Below are positions 1 through 11,218 of a stretch of DNA of 64,000 bases, in pieces. The stretch's first letter is position 1; every line of letters starts with the position of its first letter. Source of the stretch: Amoebophrya sp. A120. Its lineage: Eukaryota > Protista > Dinoflagellata. The stretch is from contig CAJINV010000005.1 of NCBI GenBank assembly GCA_905178155.1, positions 4,775,394 through 4,839,393 of the forward strand. The letters are read 5' to 3'. Both the position numbers and the translations under genes were made by a program. The notes under the pieces are model-generated. The model did not search any database. It was not told where the DNA came from and saw only the letters and a program-made list of their open reading frames with translations.

Positions 1-3000
1 TCTCATCGACGGAAAAATTTCTGGCTTTATTGAGTACTACTTCACTTGACGCGCCAGGAGCTCGTGCACCTCCGTGATCGACGAATTTTATATCCGTCTG
101 ATTATCATACACCCATGTTGATTCAGAGATGGCTATACCTGCTCCACCAGCTCCGAGAACTTGAGAACTACGGTGGTCGTTGTTTCCTTCATGCTCCTGC
201 GCGGAGGTCTTTGTCGACTTTGTCTTGCTAGAAGAGGAAGAGGAGGAGGATGCAGACGCTTTCGTCTTTCCACGACCGCCCGCTGCACTCCCTAAGTTCA
301 TCTCTTCCAGAAGTTTCTCCAATTTCGCCTCATCGTCCCCTTCTTTCCCGGTGGTCAAAAACTCGAAGGTGCTAAGGTTAAGGGCTTCTAACGTCCGGAA
401 CTGCCGTGTGACATCACGGTCATAGTTCTCCAGCAAATCCAGATGATCCATATCATCTTCCGGGTCCGGTTGTTGTGCTTCACCTTTTGATAATTTCAAC
501 ATTTTGATTTTGCAAATGCACAACACAAATAAGCCTACAATTCTGTCTTGCAGCAATCGGCATGAAGCATACGTGTTCTTTGTCAAGCCAAAATCCTATA
601 CCATCAATTGTTTATTGTCATGCCAAAATCCTATAGTACCATCTTCGCCGCCGACCACCAGCACTACTCGCCTTCCTTGGTTCGTTTTCACCGGGAAATC
701 GAACCCGCTTTTTGGCAAGTCGATCATCACCGCTTGAGAGCCCATCCGGCCTTGCCGCAGACTCGGACCAGGGATGGCTGTTTTTGGTTGTATGTAAGGC
801 TTTTTTTGTCTTTGTCATGCTGAATGACAAAAAAGAAAAACTCTTGGTCTAGAAGGTGAGAAGTCAAGCATGTTCTATGTTCTTGCTCCTCAACAACACA
901 GACAACTTTGTTCAGCAAATTAAACTCAATACTTTTCTTCGGAGTCCACTCTCTTTCCTGCTGGGAACCTCCAGAGTGGTCTCCATTTCCTCTATTTCCC
1001 GATCCTGTCCCATCATTCGTTCCCGCTAGCCGGTCCAAAAACACGCGTATCCCGTCCCCACGCTGGTGCCCAGGTGCGTCGTTTCCCCTCCCACGACGCG
1101 GCTGGCGTTGGCGGTTTTCCTCGTCCATATCATCCGTGTCTCGCAACGTGTAGCCCCCCGTGTCCGACAGAATCCACCGCTCCAGCAACCTTTTGTCTAC
1201 CTCCTGCAGCGGGCTCTCGTTGTCGCTGTCGTGCGAGAGCAGCTCCCGCGCGTCCCGGTTTCTCAGCGGAGATGGGGGCGGTTCGGAGGAGAAAGAGCTG
1301 CTGCTGGAACAGCTGGGGCTCCTACTGCTGCAACTGTTGAATTCTTGCGAGGAATCATTTAACGAGGAGGCGGAGGAAGAAGCACTGGAAGTCGCGTTCG
1401 TCGTTGTGCCCTTCTGCAACAGAAACGAACGGGAGGCTCTAGTGTTCGTTCTGCTCGTCGTTCTAGTTCTACCGCTGGTGGATATGATTTTGGGGATAGG
1501 AAGCAAGCGATTCTTGCTTTTTTTGCCGGGACCTCCATCAACAGGAGCGGCGCTTGTGGTTGAAGAACAACCCCCGGGTGGTGCAATCCACGCCGAGGAT
1601 GAACTTGAGCTCGTCCCAAAGGTGCTGCTACTACTTGTTTCGTCCCTTCTTGTAGTGGTTCCAGGAAGATGTTGATCAGTATAGTGGTCTTGCTCGAGCG
1701 CAACGGAACAATCCATCGAAGCAGTCGCCGAAGCACTGCTCGCAGAAGAAGATGAAGAAGCGTCGTGTCTGTCCCTTGTAGAACCGCCCGGCCGGGCTTT
1801 TCGTGACTTCTGTGCTCCGCGATCGAAATTTTTACCGCTTGCGGCCCTTCTAGAAGCGGCGGAAGACTATCAAGTGTAAAAGTGTCTGGGTCTGGAAGAT
1901 TACTAGATTTGTCATGCATATTTTCCATGACCCATGATGTGTGTCTGTGATGCATGCCGTAGCATCACAGATTTTTAGAGCGCTTCCTCATACCTATTCC
2001 GCATGACAAATGCCATCCCCGCGGAGCACAAAGTCTACTCCTCTTACTGATCACGCAATACAAATCTTTTTCGCATCCAAAGACAGCATCACAAGTTTAG
2101 ATTCTTCCAGACCCAGACACTTTTACATTTGATAAAGACGAAGCCGTGACCATGTCCACATCGGAGTCCGAAGATGTGCTGAATATCACGTGGCTGTTGA
2201 TTTTCGGTACCTTTTTTCCTCCAATGCCTATTTGCTTCCTCTCCACTCCCCTACTCCCCCGTCTAGACATGGTACTTCTAGACGAAGCTGCAGTGTTTGT
2301 GTTTTCCTCCAGTTGTGGTAAGGGAAACGGGGGAGGGAAGAAGCGGGTGGTCGTAGTAGTCGTGTTGGACGAGGAGCGGCTCTGTGCCCGGTTTTGCTTG
2401 GCTTTTTGCTCTTTTTCCTGCAAATTAGCAGGAGGCAAAAACATTTCCTCATTCTCGAGTTCGTCATCCAGTTCAGAATCAACTTGCATGTGATCCGATG
2501 GTGCGTCTTCGCTTTTATCGCGGTGCTGGATGCCGCCGCGCCTCTGGTTTCGGCCGTAATTTCGGGTTATTTCAGCATCTTCCCGCTGTTCTTGGGCGTC
2601 ATGCTGCTGCTCCTGGTCCCGATCTCCATCGTGTGCATTCCATCTTCCTCCTATCACAAGCGCATTTGCATTACCTTCCTCGTTCGTCATCCTCGTCTCT
2701 GCCATACCCGCAGAAGATAAACCCGCACTGCTAGCCGATGAACCACTGGCACTGTTGCCGAAGACATGACTACCCACATCATCGTCGCAACAGCAAATCT
2801 CCTATCCTGTGCAAAAGTATCGTACTCGTACCAATCGCATTCATGCAGTACAAATTTCGTTCTCAAGTTAAATCCGCATTACAAATTTTCTTTCTCATGC
2901 TGAGGAAATTTGTCATGCGATTTATACTAGTACGGTGCTTTCGCATTTCATATCTCCTTGATCTTTTCTTCCACCTCGGTTACGATTTCCACACTGGCCA

Positions 3001-6000
3001 GACTCGGCGCTTATCAAATGCAAAAATGTCTGGATCTGGAAGATTCTGAGACTTGTCATGCACGGTTTGCATGGCCCATGATGTCTGTGACGCATGCCCT
3101 AGCATCACAGGTTTTTCGAGGGATTCTTGATACCTATTCCGCATGACAAATGCCCTCCCCGCGTAGCAAAAATCAGAATGCTTTTGCTGCTCATGCAACA
3201 CAATCTTTTTAGACATCCAAATGCAGCATCACAAGTTGCAGTCTTCCAGACCCACACATTTTTGCACTTGATAGCGCACCACCAAAAACAATGATCCGGT
3301 CATCTACGGTGCACACCGCGGCGGTTATCCTAGAGAAAAAAGCTGGCAGGGCATTTGTAATGCAAAAATAAATACACAGAAAAACAAAAACTTGTCATGG
3401 GCGGCCCCATAGCATGCTGCTTCGGATTTTTTTGTGTATTTATTTTTGCATTACAAATGCTGGCAGTAAGTATGACCTGGCAGCTTTTTTCTCTGGGATA
3501 GCGGTGGTTCTGGGCTCGCGGAGAGAGACGTCTAAATAGCTCCAGGTTAGCTGGTTGTTCACGTTGGAGTCTAACAACTGGTTGCCGTAGTTGATTTGAT
3601 TGTTCATCGGATTGTATGCATTTTTGCAACAAGAGTATCGCACAAGTACATAAGTAGACACTGCATCACAAATTTTTCGAAGAAGGAACCGAAATATTAA
3701 TATTTGTCATGCTCTATGTATTCGCGAACTGCTCCATGCACAGACACGCAAAAAGAGAAGCAAGCAACAACTAAGCAGTACGCCTCCTGTGCGCCTCCTG
3801 TGCGCCTCCTGTGCGCCTCCTGTGCGCCTCCTGTGCGCCTCCTGTGCGCCTCCTGTGCGCCTCCTGTGCGCCTCCTGTGCGCCTCCTGTGCGCCTCCTGT
3901 GCGCCTCCTGTGCGCCTCCTGTGCGCCTCCTGTGCGCCTCCTGTGCGCCTCCTGTGCGCCTCCTGTGCGCCTCCTGTGCGCCTCCTGTGCGCCTCCTGTG
4001 CGCCTCCTGTGCGCCTCCTGTGCGCCTCCTGTGCGCCTCCTGTGCGCCTCCTGTGCGCCTCCTGTGCGCCTCCTGTGCGCCTCCTGTGCGCCTCCTGTGC
4101 GCCTCCTGTGCGCCTCCTGTGCGCCTCCTGTGCGCCTCCTGTGCGCCTCCTGTGCGCCTCCTGTGCGCCTCCTGTGCGCCTCCTGTGCGCCTCCTGTGCG
4201 CCTCCTGTGCGCCTCCTGTGCGCCTCCTGTGCGCCTCCTGTGCGCCTCCTGTGCGCCTCCTGTGCGCCTCCTGTGCGCCTCCTGTGCGCCTCCTGTGCGC
4301 CTCCTGTGCGCCTCCTGTGCGCCTCCTGTGCGCCTCCTGTGCGCCTCCTGTGCGCCTCCTGTGCGCCTCCTGTGCGCCTCCTGTGCGCCTCCTGTGCGCC
4401 TCCTGTGCGCCTCCTGTGCGCCTCCTGTGCGCCTCCTGTGCGCCGCCTGTGCGCCGCCTGTGCGCCGCCTGTGCGCCGCCTGTGCGCCGCCTGTGCGCCG
4501 CCTGTGCGCCGCCTGTGCGCCGCCTGTGCGCCTCTTGTGGGCCTCTTGTGGGCCTCTTGCGCGCCTCTTGTGGGCCTCTTGCGCGCCTCTTGTGAACAAT
4601 CCCTTGTGCGGGCGAACAATAGGGGTGGCGCAGAATAGCCATGCTAAATACGGTCCTGCGAAAAATATCTCCTTGGCCAGGTAGACTTTGCAGCAGCCGA
4701 TGGTGGCCCGCCTCCTGATATTATCAGCTAGAAAGAAGGCTACGAGATTTGTCATGCATGGATATTCGTCGTATTACGAGTGCGATATTACTTTTGCAGA
4801 GGATAGATTCCCAGTGTGGACATTCATCATGTTGTGAGGATGCTGTCCACCACCTAAATGTTGGTTGAACCCTCCCGCTCTTGCAGGAGCTCCGAGGTTG
4901 TTGTGTTGTTGATACCCTGTCGACCCTCCGCCCCCACCACCATTCACCGATTCCATGGTCGGGAAGATCATTTCCGTGTCCAAAATTTCCATGGTCGTCA
5001 ACATTTCCGCCCGGCCGAAGACGTCGTCACACCCGCCAACCACGATGATGTACCGCCCGGAGACACAGGTCACCCGTCCCCCCGCCCGCCCGGTTTGCAA
5101 CTGCGGCGCCGGGTACCACTTGTCGACTATTGGGTCGTAAATTTCGCAGCTGCGGAGCACTTATGGTTTGCAAATATGTCCGGGTCGGGAAGGATCTTCC
5201 AAACTTGTCATGCTAAATGTGAATGAATCGTGCAAAAATCTCTACAATTTTTGCATGAAAGACACACAAAAGGTATATCCTATGGCACGCAAAAGACAAA
5301 CTTCTCATGCAGATTAGGTCCAAGTAGGCTCGTGAATGAAAATTTGTGATGCCCCTGGGTACAAGACTTTTGTTTTTTGGTCCGCGAGAAGATGCATGGC
5401 AAACTGCCAGACCCAGACATATTCGCATTTGATAGCGTTTCCATGAAATTTTCCTCCTCTGGGGCGTTGGGGTGAAGAGAGTATTGAGAGGAAAAATTCC
5501 CCCTCCCCATATTGAAAAGGTATGTTTCCGAAAATTTGCGTTGCTGATTTGAGGTCACAAATCACGTCTGTCTTGCAAGAAGACAAGGGCAGAAGCTTCC
5601 GTCCCATTATGGAAGCGATTTGTCATGCTGTTGGTCCTAAAGGCCAGCCGTTTGCAATGCTGAACGACTAGACTCAAACGCCCCTACCTAGCCTGGGGAT
5701 CTGGCCGATATGCCTCCCTGCAACACAAATCTGATTTGTGTACGTGAATCCAGCATCAGAAGTTTTGTTTTGATATGGGGAGGGGGGATTTTTCCTTTTG
5801 ATAGAGAGCAGCCGCCGACCACGTAGACAAAGTTGCGAGTGGAGGAAGATAAGTGTGATTGTCCTTGTCCTGTCCTTGGGGTTTGCGCATGACAAACTTG
5901 GGTACAACTTACGTCTGAATAATTGTGGTTGGAAGTAGTACTGTGGTAGAAAGATGAACTGCTTTCTCCCCCACCCGTCCCGCTGTTCGTCACCGTCACC

Positions 6001-8599
6001 GCTCCGTGGCCCCACCGTTTTCGGAGCAAATTCGCGCGAAGCGTCCACTGGTTTGAGAGTGGATTGTAGGATTCGCAGGTAGACAACAGCCCCTCGACAA
6101 TCCCCCTTTCGTCGTAGCCGCCGGTTACCAGGATTTCTTCGGTGGTGATTAAGTCGCCCGAGGAGGTGGTGCGTGTGCGCCGGAGGGACGGATTTAGACT
6201 GTTATGGTTTTCTTCGTGCAGTTGTCCGGAGGTGTAATTAACAGTCCGATTGGCATGGGACGAAATCGTCATGATGTCGCTCCAGTAGGCGGGCACGCGG
6301 CTGGCGGCGCAACCGGCACGTCGGTAGTGCATGTCGGGAAGCCACGTCTGTTGTGAGTAGAGGGTTGTTTTTAAATACACGTAGAAGTAGTCGTGCCTCG
6401 TTTCCTTTTTCGCATCAGAAACTCATCGCATTAGACCTGCAAAGTAAGTAACTTCTTTGCGGTTCTTTCCGCAGGACATCAAGTACTGACTCCTCATGAT
6501 GTTGTTGGTGTTGATTATTTCTGTGCCTGTCGTATGGGACCACAACAGGATGCGCAGAAATTGTAATCAGCCCCGGGGAAAGGAATCAACACAAAAGCTT
6601 GCTTCTGAGCAACACAAGTTGTTGATTTTTTTCCCAGGAGGGGTATCGAATTTCTGCGCCTCCTGCGACAACACCGCAGCAGAAGCGCAGAAATTGTAAT
6701 CAGCCCCGGGGAAAGGAATCAACACAAAAAGTCGCTTCTGAGCAATACAAGTTGTTTATTTCTTTCCCAGGAGCGGAGTCGGTATTTCTGCGCCTTCTAC
6801 TACAACAGCGCAGCAGACGCGCAGAAATTGTAATCAGCTCCGTGGAAAGGAATCAACACAAAAGCTTGCTTCTGAGCAACACAAGTTGTTGATTTCTTTC
6901 CCAGGAGCGGTCTCGAATTTCTGCGCCTTCTACTACAACAGCGCAGCAGAGGCGCAGAAATTGTAATCAGCTCCGTGGAAAGGAATCAACACAAAAGCTT
7001 GCTTCTAAGCAACACAAGTTGTTGATTTCTTTCCCAGGATCACTATCGAATTTCTGCGCCTCCTTCTACGGAAGGAAACAGTTGGCGCAGAGATTCGAAT
7101 TCGCTCGAGGAGATTACTCAATCAGCGCCGAAATTTTCTATATCCTTTCATTTTCGTCTCTCTGCAAATGTACCTCCAATCTTACGTATAACAAAACTAG
7201 AGCGTCATAAGTACCCACTTCCCGTGCCAAATGTCGAACATCTCTGCCGATTTCAGTGCCCCATCTTTCACATTCCGCCCACCGCACACGTATATCCTGA
7301 GCGAAAACGTCCCCACCCCAGAGCTGTCTTTGTCATGCAAATCTGCCTGCTTAAAATGCTCCTCATGCAGATACCCATGAGATGCGACATCTAGTCGTGT
7401 TTTGGAATTTGTGATGCTCGGGTGAGCATTATGTGCTAGATCTATGATGCTGCTTAAGTAGCCGAGCAGGATCACACCACAAGGCCAAATTTGTCATGCG
7501 AAACCGCCAGAGCTGGTTGATTTGTCTAGCAGATTTCCCATCTTGACTCTCGAAAGGGGACGTTTTTACATGTGATAACGTAGATCATCGAGTCGATCGG
7601 TTTCGTGAACTGGAGAAAAGAGGCGATGTGCATCCACAGCGGAGTTGGTAAATGTGGTAAGTTGTAAAAACCACTTGCGCAGCTCGTGCTGCTCGCGGTA
7701 CAAGCATTCATCGTGCTCAGGGCCATGGACGTAGTAGAGGTGTTAGTGCTTGTCCTCCCGTGATGAATAAAGCTGCCGGTCAAGTTTGTCTTGACCGAGC
7801 AAAAACTCGAACTTCTGCTAGATAAAGAAGTGGAACTGGAGGAGGAACCTGAAGCCGAGCTAAATCCCTGTCGTGGTGGTCCTGCAGCAGCATTTGAACT
7901 GGAAGAAGACGACGAAGACGAGCCAGCACCATTGGTACTACTACTACTGCACCCAGAAGTACTAGCTGTTGTGGCTTGATTCTGGTAAGAACAGGATCCG
8001 AACATGGAATGCAAGCTGTTGCTCTTGACCAAACTGTTCCTCGCATCCTCCTCCTTTGTCACGCGGTTTTCCTGGCACAGCAAGAGAAAAACCCCCTCCT
8101 TCGCGTATTCGTCGACCCAGATGGAGTCCTTTTCCACTTGATCATGGCGTTGTGGTTGATTCGCAACTTGTTCTTGACCCGGCGTTGCCTCCGCTCCGGC
8201 GGAGGTGGTGGGACCAGAGATTTGCATTTCTGACGACCCGCCCGCCATCCTGGGAGACGAAGCTGTGCTACTTCGTGGCGAGGTTGTGTTCGCCCTTCGT
8301 GGTCCTCTCTGCGGATGTTGTTGCTCTAATGTAATTTCTGGTGCTGCTGTTGGCCGGTTCGGTGGAAAGATGAGATGAACGCCCTCGTAGCTGTCCTCGA
8401 CGCCGGCGAAACTTGTAAAACTGCCAGGCGTGCTTGTGTTCAAAAGGTATTGTTCCGGACGAACTTGGAAACTGTCGCAAAGCAAGTGCGACAACTTCTC
8501 TTCACAGCAGTAGTCTCTTGTGCGACCACCACTAGCCGAGGCCGCGCTTGTTGTGGCAAGCGGAGGTTGACCAAAAGGCAAAGAACCTGTTCTAAGCAT
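1..8599 (-). CDS. F-box-like/Kelch-repeat protein, multi-exon, 3' end beyond the window
   Basis: Spliced translation: LPHLPTPLWMHIASFL (F-box-like), then Kelch blades IYVCGGRNVKDGALKSAEMFDIWHGKW|TWLPDMHYRRAG, ILVTGGYDERG...CESYNPLSNQW, VYVVGGCSL...LRSCEIYDPIVDKWYPAPQLQTGRAG, IIVFGGAPSLASVE and PGPSLRQGRMG...VLVVGGEDG. Interrupted by 8 TIR elements and a GT-AG intron at 6348-7214. The junctions near 500-635 and 791-931 are uncertain. Confidence 0.85.
1868..2134. mobile_element. Introner family A
   Basis: TIR TATCAA.TGTAAAAGTGTCTGGGTCTGGAAGA; TSD AAGAC/AAGAC; removal joins VTASS|SAASRR in frame with MDCSV. Confidence 0.93.
2803..2952. mobile_element. Introner family D
   Basis: Left end TATCCTGTGCAAAAGTATCG; TSD TCTCC/TCTCC; restores KIKE|ICCC. 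Confidence 0.9.
3012..3273. mobile_element. Introner family A
   Basis: Family A TIRs; TSD GCGCT/GCGCA; restores FGGA|PSLAS. Confidence 0.9.
3326..3500. mobile_element. Introner family E
   Basis: TIR TATCC.AGAGAAAAAAGCTG.CAGG; TSD GCGGT/GCGGT; restores EPRTTA|AVCT. Confidence 0.9.
3615..4805. mobile_element. Family D-like introner expanded by an internal minisatellite
   Basis: The right end reverse-complements to TATCCTCTGCAAAAGT; TSD GATTG/GATTC; restores HTGN|PMNN. Confidence 0.75.
3781..4592. repeat. 11-bp minisatellite (GCGCCTCCTGT)n, about 70+ units
   Basis: Directly visible; variants GCGCCGCCTGT and GGGCCTCTTGT at the right end. Confidence 0.98.
5162..5434. mobile_element. Introner family A (diverged)
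   Basis: Degenerate family A TIRs; TSD GCACT/GCGTT; restores MET|LRSCEIYD. Confidence 0.8.
5482..5803. mobile_element. Introner family B
   Basis: TIR TATCAAAAGGAAAAATCCCCCCTCCCCATAT-like; TSD GAGAG/GAGAG; restores VVGGCS|LHPN. Confidence 0.9.
6552..7095. repeat. About 133-bp tandem repeat, 4 copies, each internally palindromic
   Basis: GCGCAGAAATT starts at 6552, 6685, 6819 and 6952; each unit contains AATTTCTGCGC and GGAAAGGAATCAAC/GTTGATTTCTTTCC arms. Confidence 0.92.
7293..7577. mobile_element. Introner family C
   Basis: TIR TATCCTGAG..AAAACGTCCCC; TSD ACGTA/ACGTA; restores MIYV|CGG. Confidence 0.9.
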
Positions 8600-9401
8600 G
8601 GTTGGTTTTTGTGATGATGTGATGACAATTTTGTTGCAAAAATTCAAAACAAACAAGACAATTTTGGTCGACGAAATAGAAAACTGTCGCGACCACTGGA
8701 TTTCTTTTCCCTCCGCTCAAAGCGCTCGTCTGACGCAAAGGACTAAAGCCTCGACGAAGAGATGTTAAGCTTCCTAGTCAACATTCGCTGCACTTCACTT
8801 CGCTAGGTCAGGTTTTGTGCTCGTTCTTTCTCAGGTCTCAGATCAACAACATTTTTCAGACGAAACAACACATAGGCGAAAGATAAAGATAAGCCAGCTG
8901 CACAAAAAAAGGCTTCACGCTGCGACGATGTTTCTTTTGGTTTCCTGTGACACTAAAATGGAAATCGTGGTATCATGTGTGGTGCATCTAATACACGGAA
9001 CGAATACAAGACTTTAACGCCAACACTGCAAAAACACCCAAGAACGCAAGATAAGTACGCAACCGAAACAATGCAAAAGTGGACACACACTTTGATATTC
9101 AGTGGCTGTTTTCATACAAAATACGCTTCGTCTTCGGTGAACCGAGCCAGGAAACTAAATTATGGGAGTGACGCTTCACCGCAAGAAGGTTTTACCGTGA
9201 GACGGAACTGAAGGTTGATAGAACACGACATTTCGGAGGAAGTACCTGCATCGTAAGCGGCCCTTCAATAGAAACTCCAGAAGGTGGGCGCCCCAGAATA
9301 AAAACACATGCCGATTGTGGTTTATGGTCGCGTTCAAAAAATCTTTGGAAAACGAAAACTTCATTTCATTGAGAGCAAAGCGTCATAATCGTTTTTCTCA
9401 T

Positions 9402-9977
9402 CTACTTCTTCGGCGCCGGCGCCGGTCCTACCGCAGGAGCTTGTGCCCCCTCCGCTTCCTTCTCGGCCACCAACTTTTTCTTTTCTTCCATTCTGTCCAT
9501 CATGTAGCCCTTTACGTGTTTCAGCAACGTCGTGTTATCCATAAGACTTTCGTCCTCACACCACGTTTTTTCCTCTTCAAACCCGTCAAAATCCTCGTCA
9601 TTCAATCCGATGTTCAAGGAGTCCAGATGCTGTTTCCTCAACTCCAACCAGTCCAACTGGACAAATCGCGGGTATTCGATCGTGATCTTCTTACACTTTT
9701 TCTCCTCCTCATTCAAATCGAACTCAAATTTCGTGTTTTTGTTCACAACCGAGGATGAGTTATTGCCTTGCTTGTCGTCAGAAGAAGGTGCATTATCGCC
9801 GTTGTCGTTGTTTTCATCTCCTTCCACTTGCATCTTGTCGTCTGAAGAACTGGAGGATTTGTTGTTGGGTTTCAAAACGATCTTCGGCTGCTGGTCCTTC
9901 TTCTTCGGACTGCTGGAATTACCTGTTTTTGGCTTCGCCGGGGGGAGAAGCAGGGCTTTGGAGGAGGAAGAGGACAT
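9402..9977 (-). CDS. Hypothetical Lys/Glu/Asp-rich protein, 191 aa, single exon
   Basis: Clean ATG-to-stop ORF on the gene-bearing strand with protein-like composition; no family recognised. Confidence 0.6.
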   Translation of the reverse strand: MSSSSSKALLLPPAKPKTGNSSSPKKKDQQPKIVLKPNNKSSSSSDDKMQVEGDENNDNGDNAPSSDDKQGNNSSSVVNKNTKFEFDLNEEEKKCKKITIEYPRFVQLDWLELRKQHLDSLNIGLNDEDFDGFEEEKTWCEDESLMDNTTLLKHVKGYMMDRMEEKKKLVAEKEAEGAQAPAVGPAPAPKK

Positions 9978-11218
9978 TTTTTTAGGCGGTGTTGGTTTTG
10001 GTTTTTTGGGTCGTGGGAGTAGTTACTACAAGAAAACTAAAGCAGAGCAGAAAAACTAGTGGTTCTCGGAACTTCTTTCTACATCAAGCCTCTTATCTAC
10101 TACGCAAGGACCAATAGTGGTTGACTGTGATAAAAGTGAAACTAGATACGTGCGGTCGCTTGATGTCAAATGTTGTTCTTCAAGCCGTAAATCTAAATTC
10201 ATATCGCGCCGGCCTCGTTGTGGTCTGATGCTTCTACGGTGCGAAGATTACATTCAAATTCTGTGAGAATATTCGTAGGATACCTAGACAAATTACCAAT
10301 GCTAACATCAGTGTCATGATCTGCTTCTGCAGTGCGTAACAAGGCGGATCGCGATTTTTAATTGCCTTCGCTTAAAGTAGATGATCTTCAGGGTTCCTGA
10401 TGCAGTCTATCGAAGCCACAAGGCTCGTGCCTTGTTACGTAAGAACAGAATCATGGTAGATTTACGCCAGTAGATGTAGAGCTCAGTAGGTTTGGTATTT
10501 CTCGGCGCAGCTGTCACCAGTTGCAGCAGTGCGCTTGTGAATTTTTTCGGATCGAAATCTAGTACAAGTTGTGTGAAGATCTAACTCAATTCACCCTGCG
10601 TATATATCGTTGAAAAGTCTTTTTGTCGTGCCAACAAACAATAACTTGTTTTTCTACTAATCTAAAAAACATCTTCCCCAAATCAAGCATAAAAAACGTA
10701 CGCATAGCGGCCGCAGCACGCGCACGCTAATATTAGCTCGCACTACACTTTACTTTTGCGTCACTTCCTCAGTGTTACTTTAGCGAAAAAAAACTCAGAA
10801 AGACCTACAAAATTATGCAATAGAAATTGTATCTATATCAGAGCGGAAGAAACAAAAAGCCAAAATGTGATCTGTTTATGCGGTTTAGACAAACAACGAA
10901 TCGCGCGCACGACGCGCTTCTTGAAAAAGTAAAAAAACTTTTGCGGAGAATGATTGAAAATTGTTCAAAAAAATACGGGTACGATTTCCTCCTTGTGAAA
11001 ACAAGTTTAACGTTAAAGAATTTTTGCTTTGTACATTTTAGTAAGTAGATTAAGTCAGATTTTTCAACTTGCCGAGAGGAATAAAAGCTGGCAAACACAG
11101 AGGCTTTATCGGCACACAGAAGTAGAATGAGCGGCTCTGCTTCAGAATGCGCTGAAGCAGATGAAGTACTAAACGGACTGCAATCTTTTCATACCCCCTC
11201 TACCACCTCACCGCTACT

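Noticed and set aside
500-931. Two further Kelch-gene introns (about 500-635 and 791-931) as introners
   Set aside because: 791-931 has TAT...ATA ends and restores frame but has no TIR or TSD, and the boundaries at 500-635 are unresolved; neither was counted.
3697-4755. Six overlapping ORFs of 268-352 aa (AHRRRTGGAQE / CASCAPPVRLL repeats)
   Set aside because: Artefact of a stop-free 11-bp minisatellite that is open in all frames.
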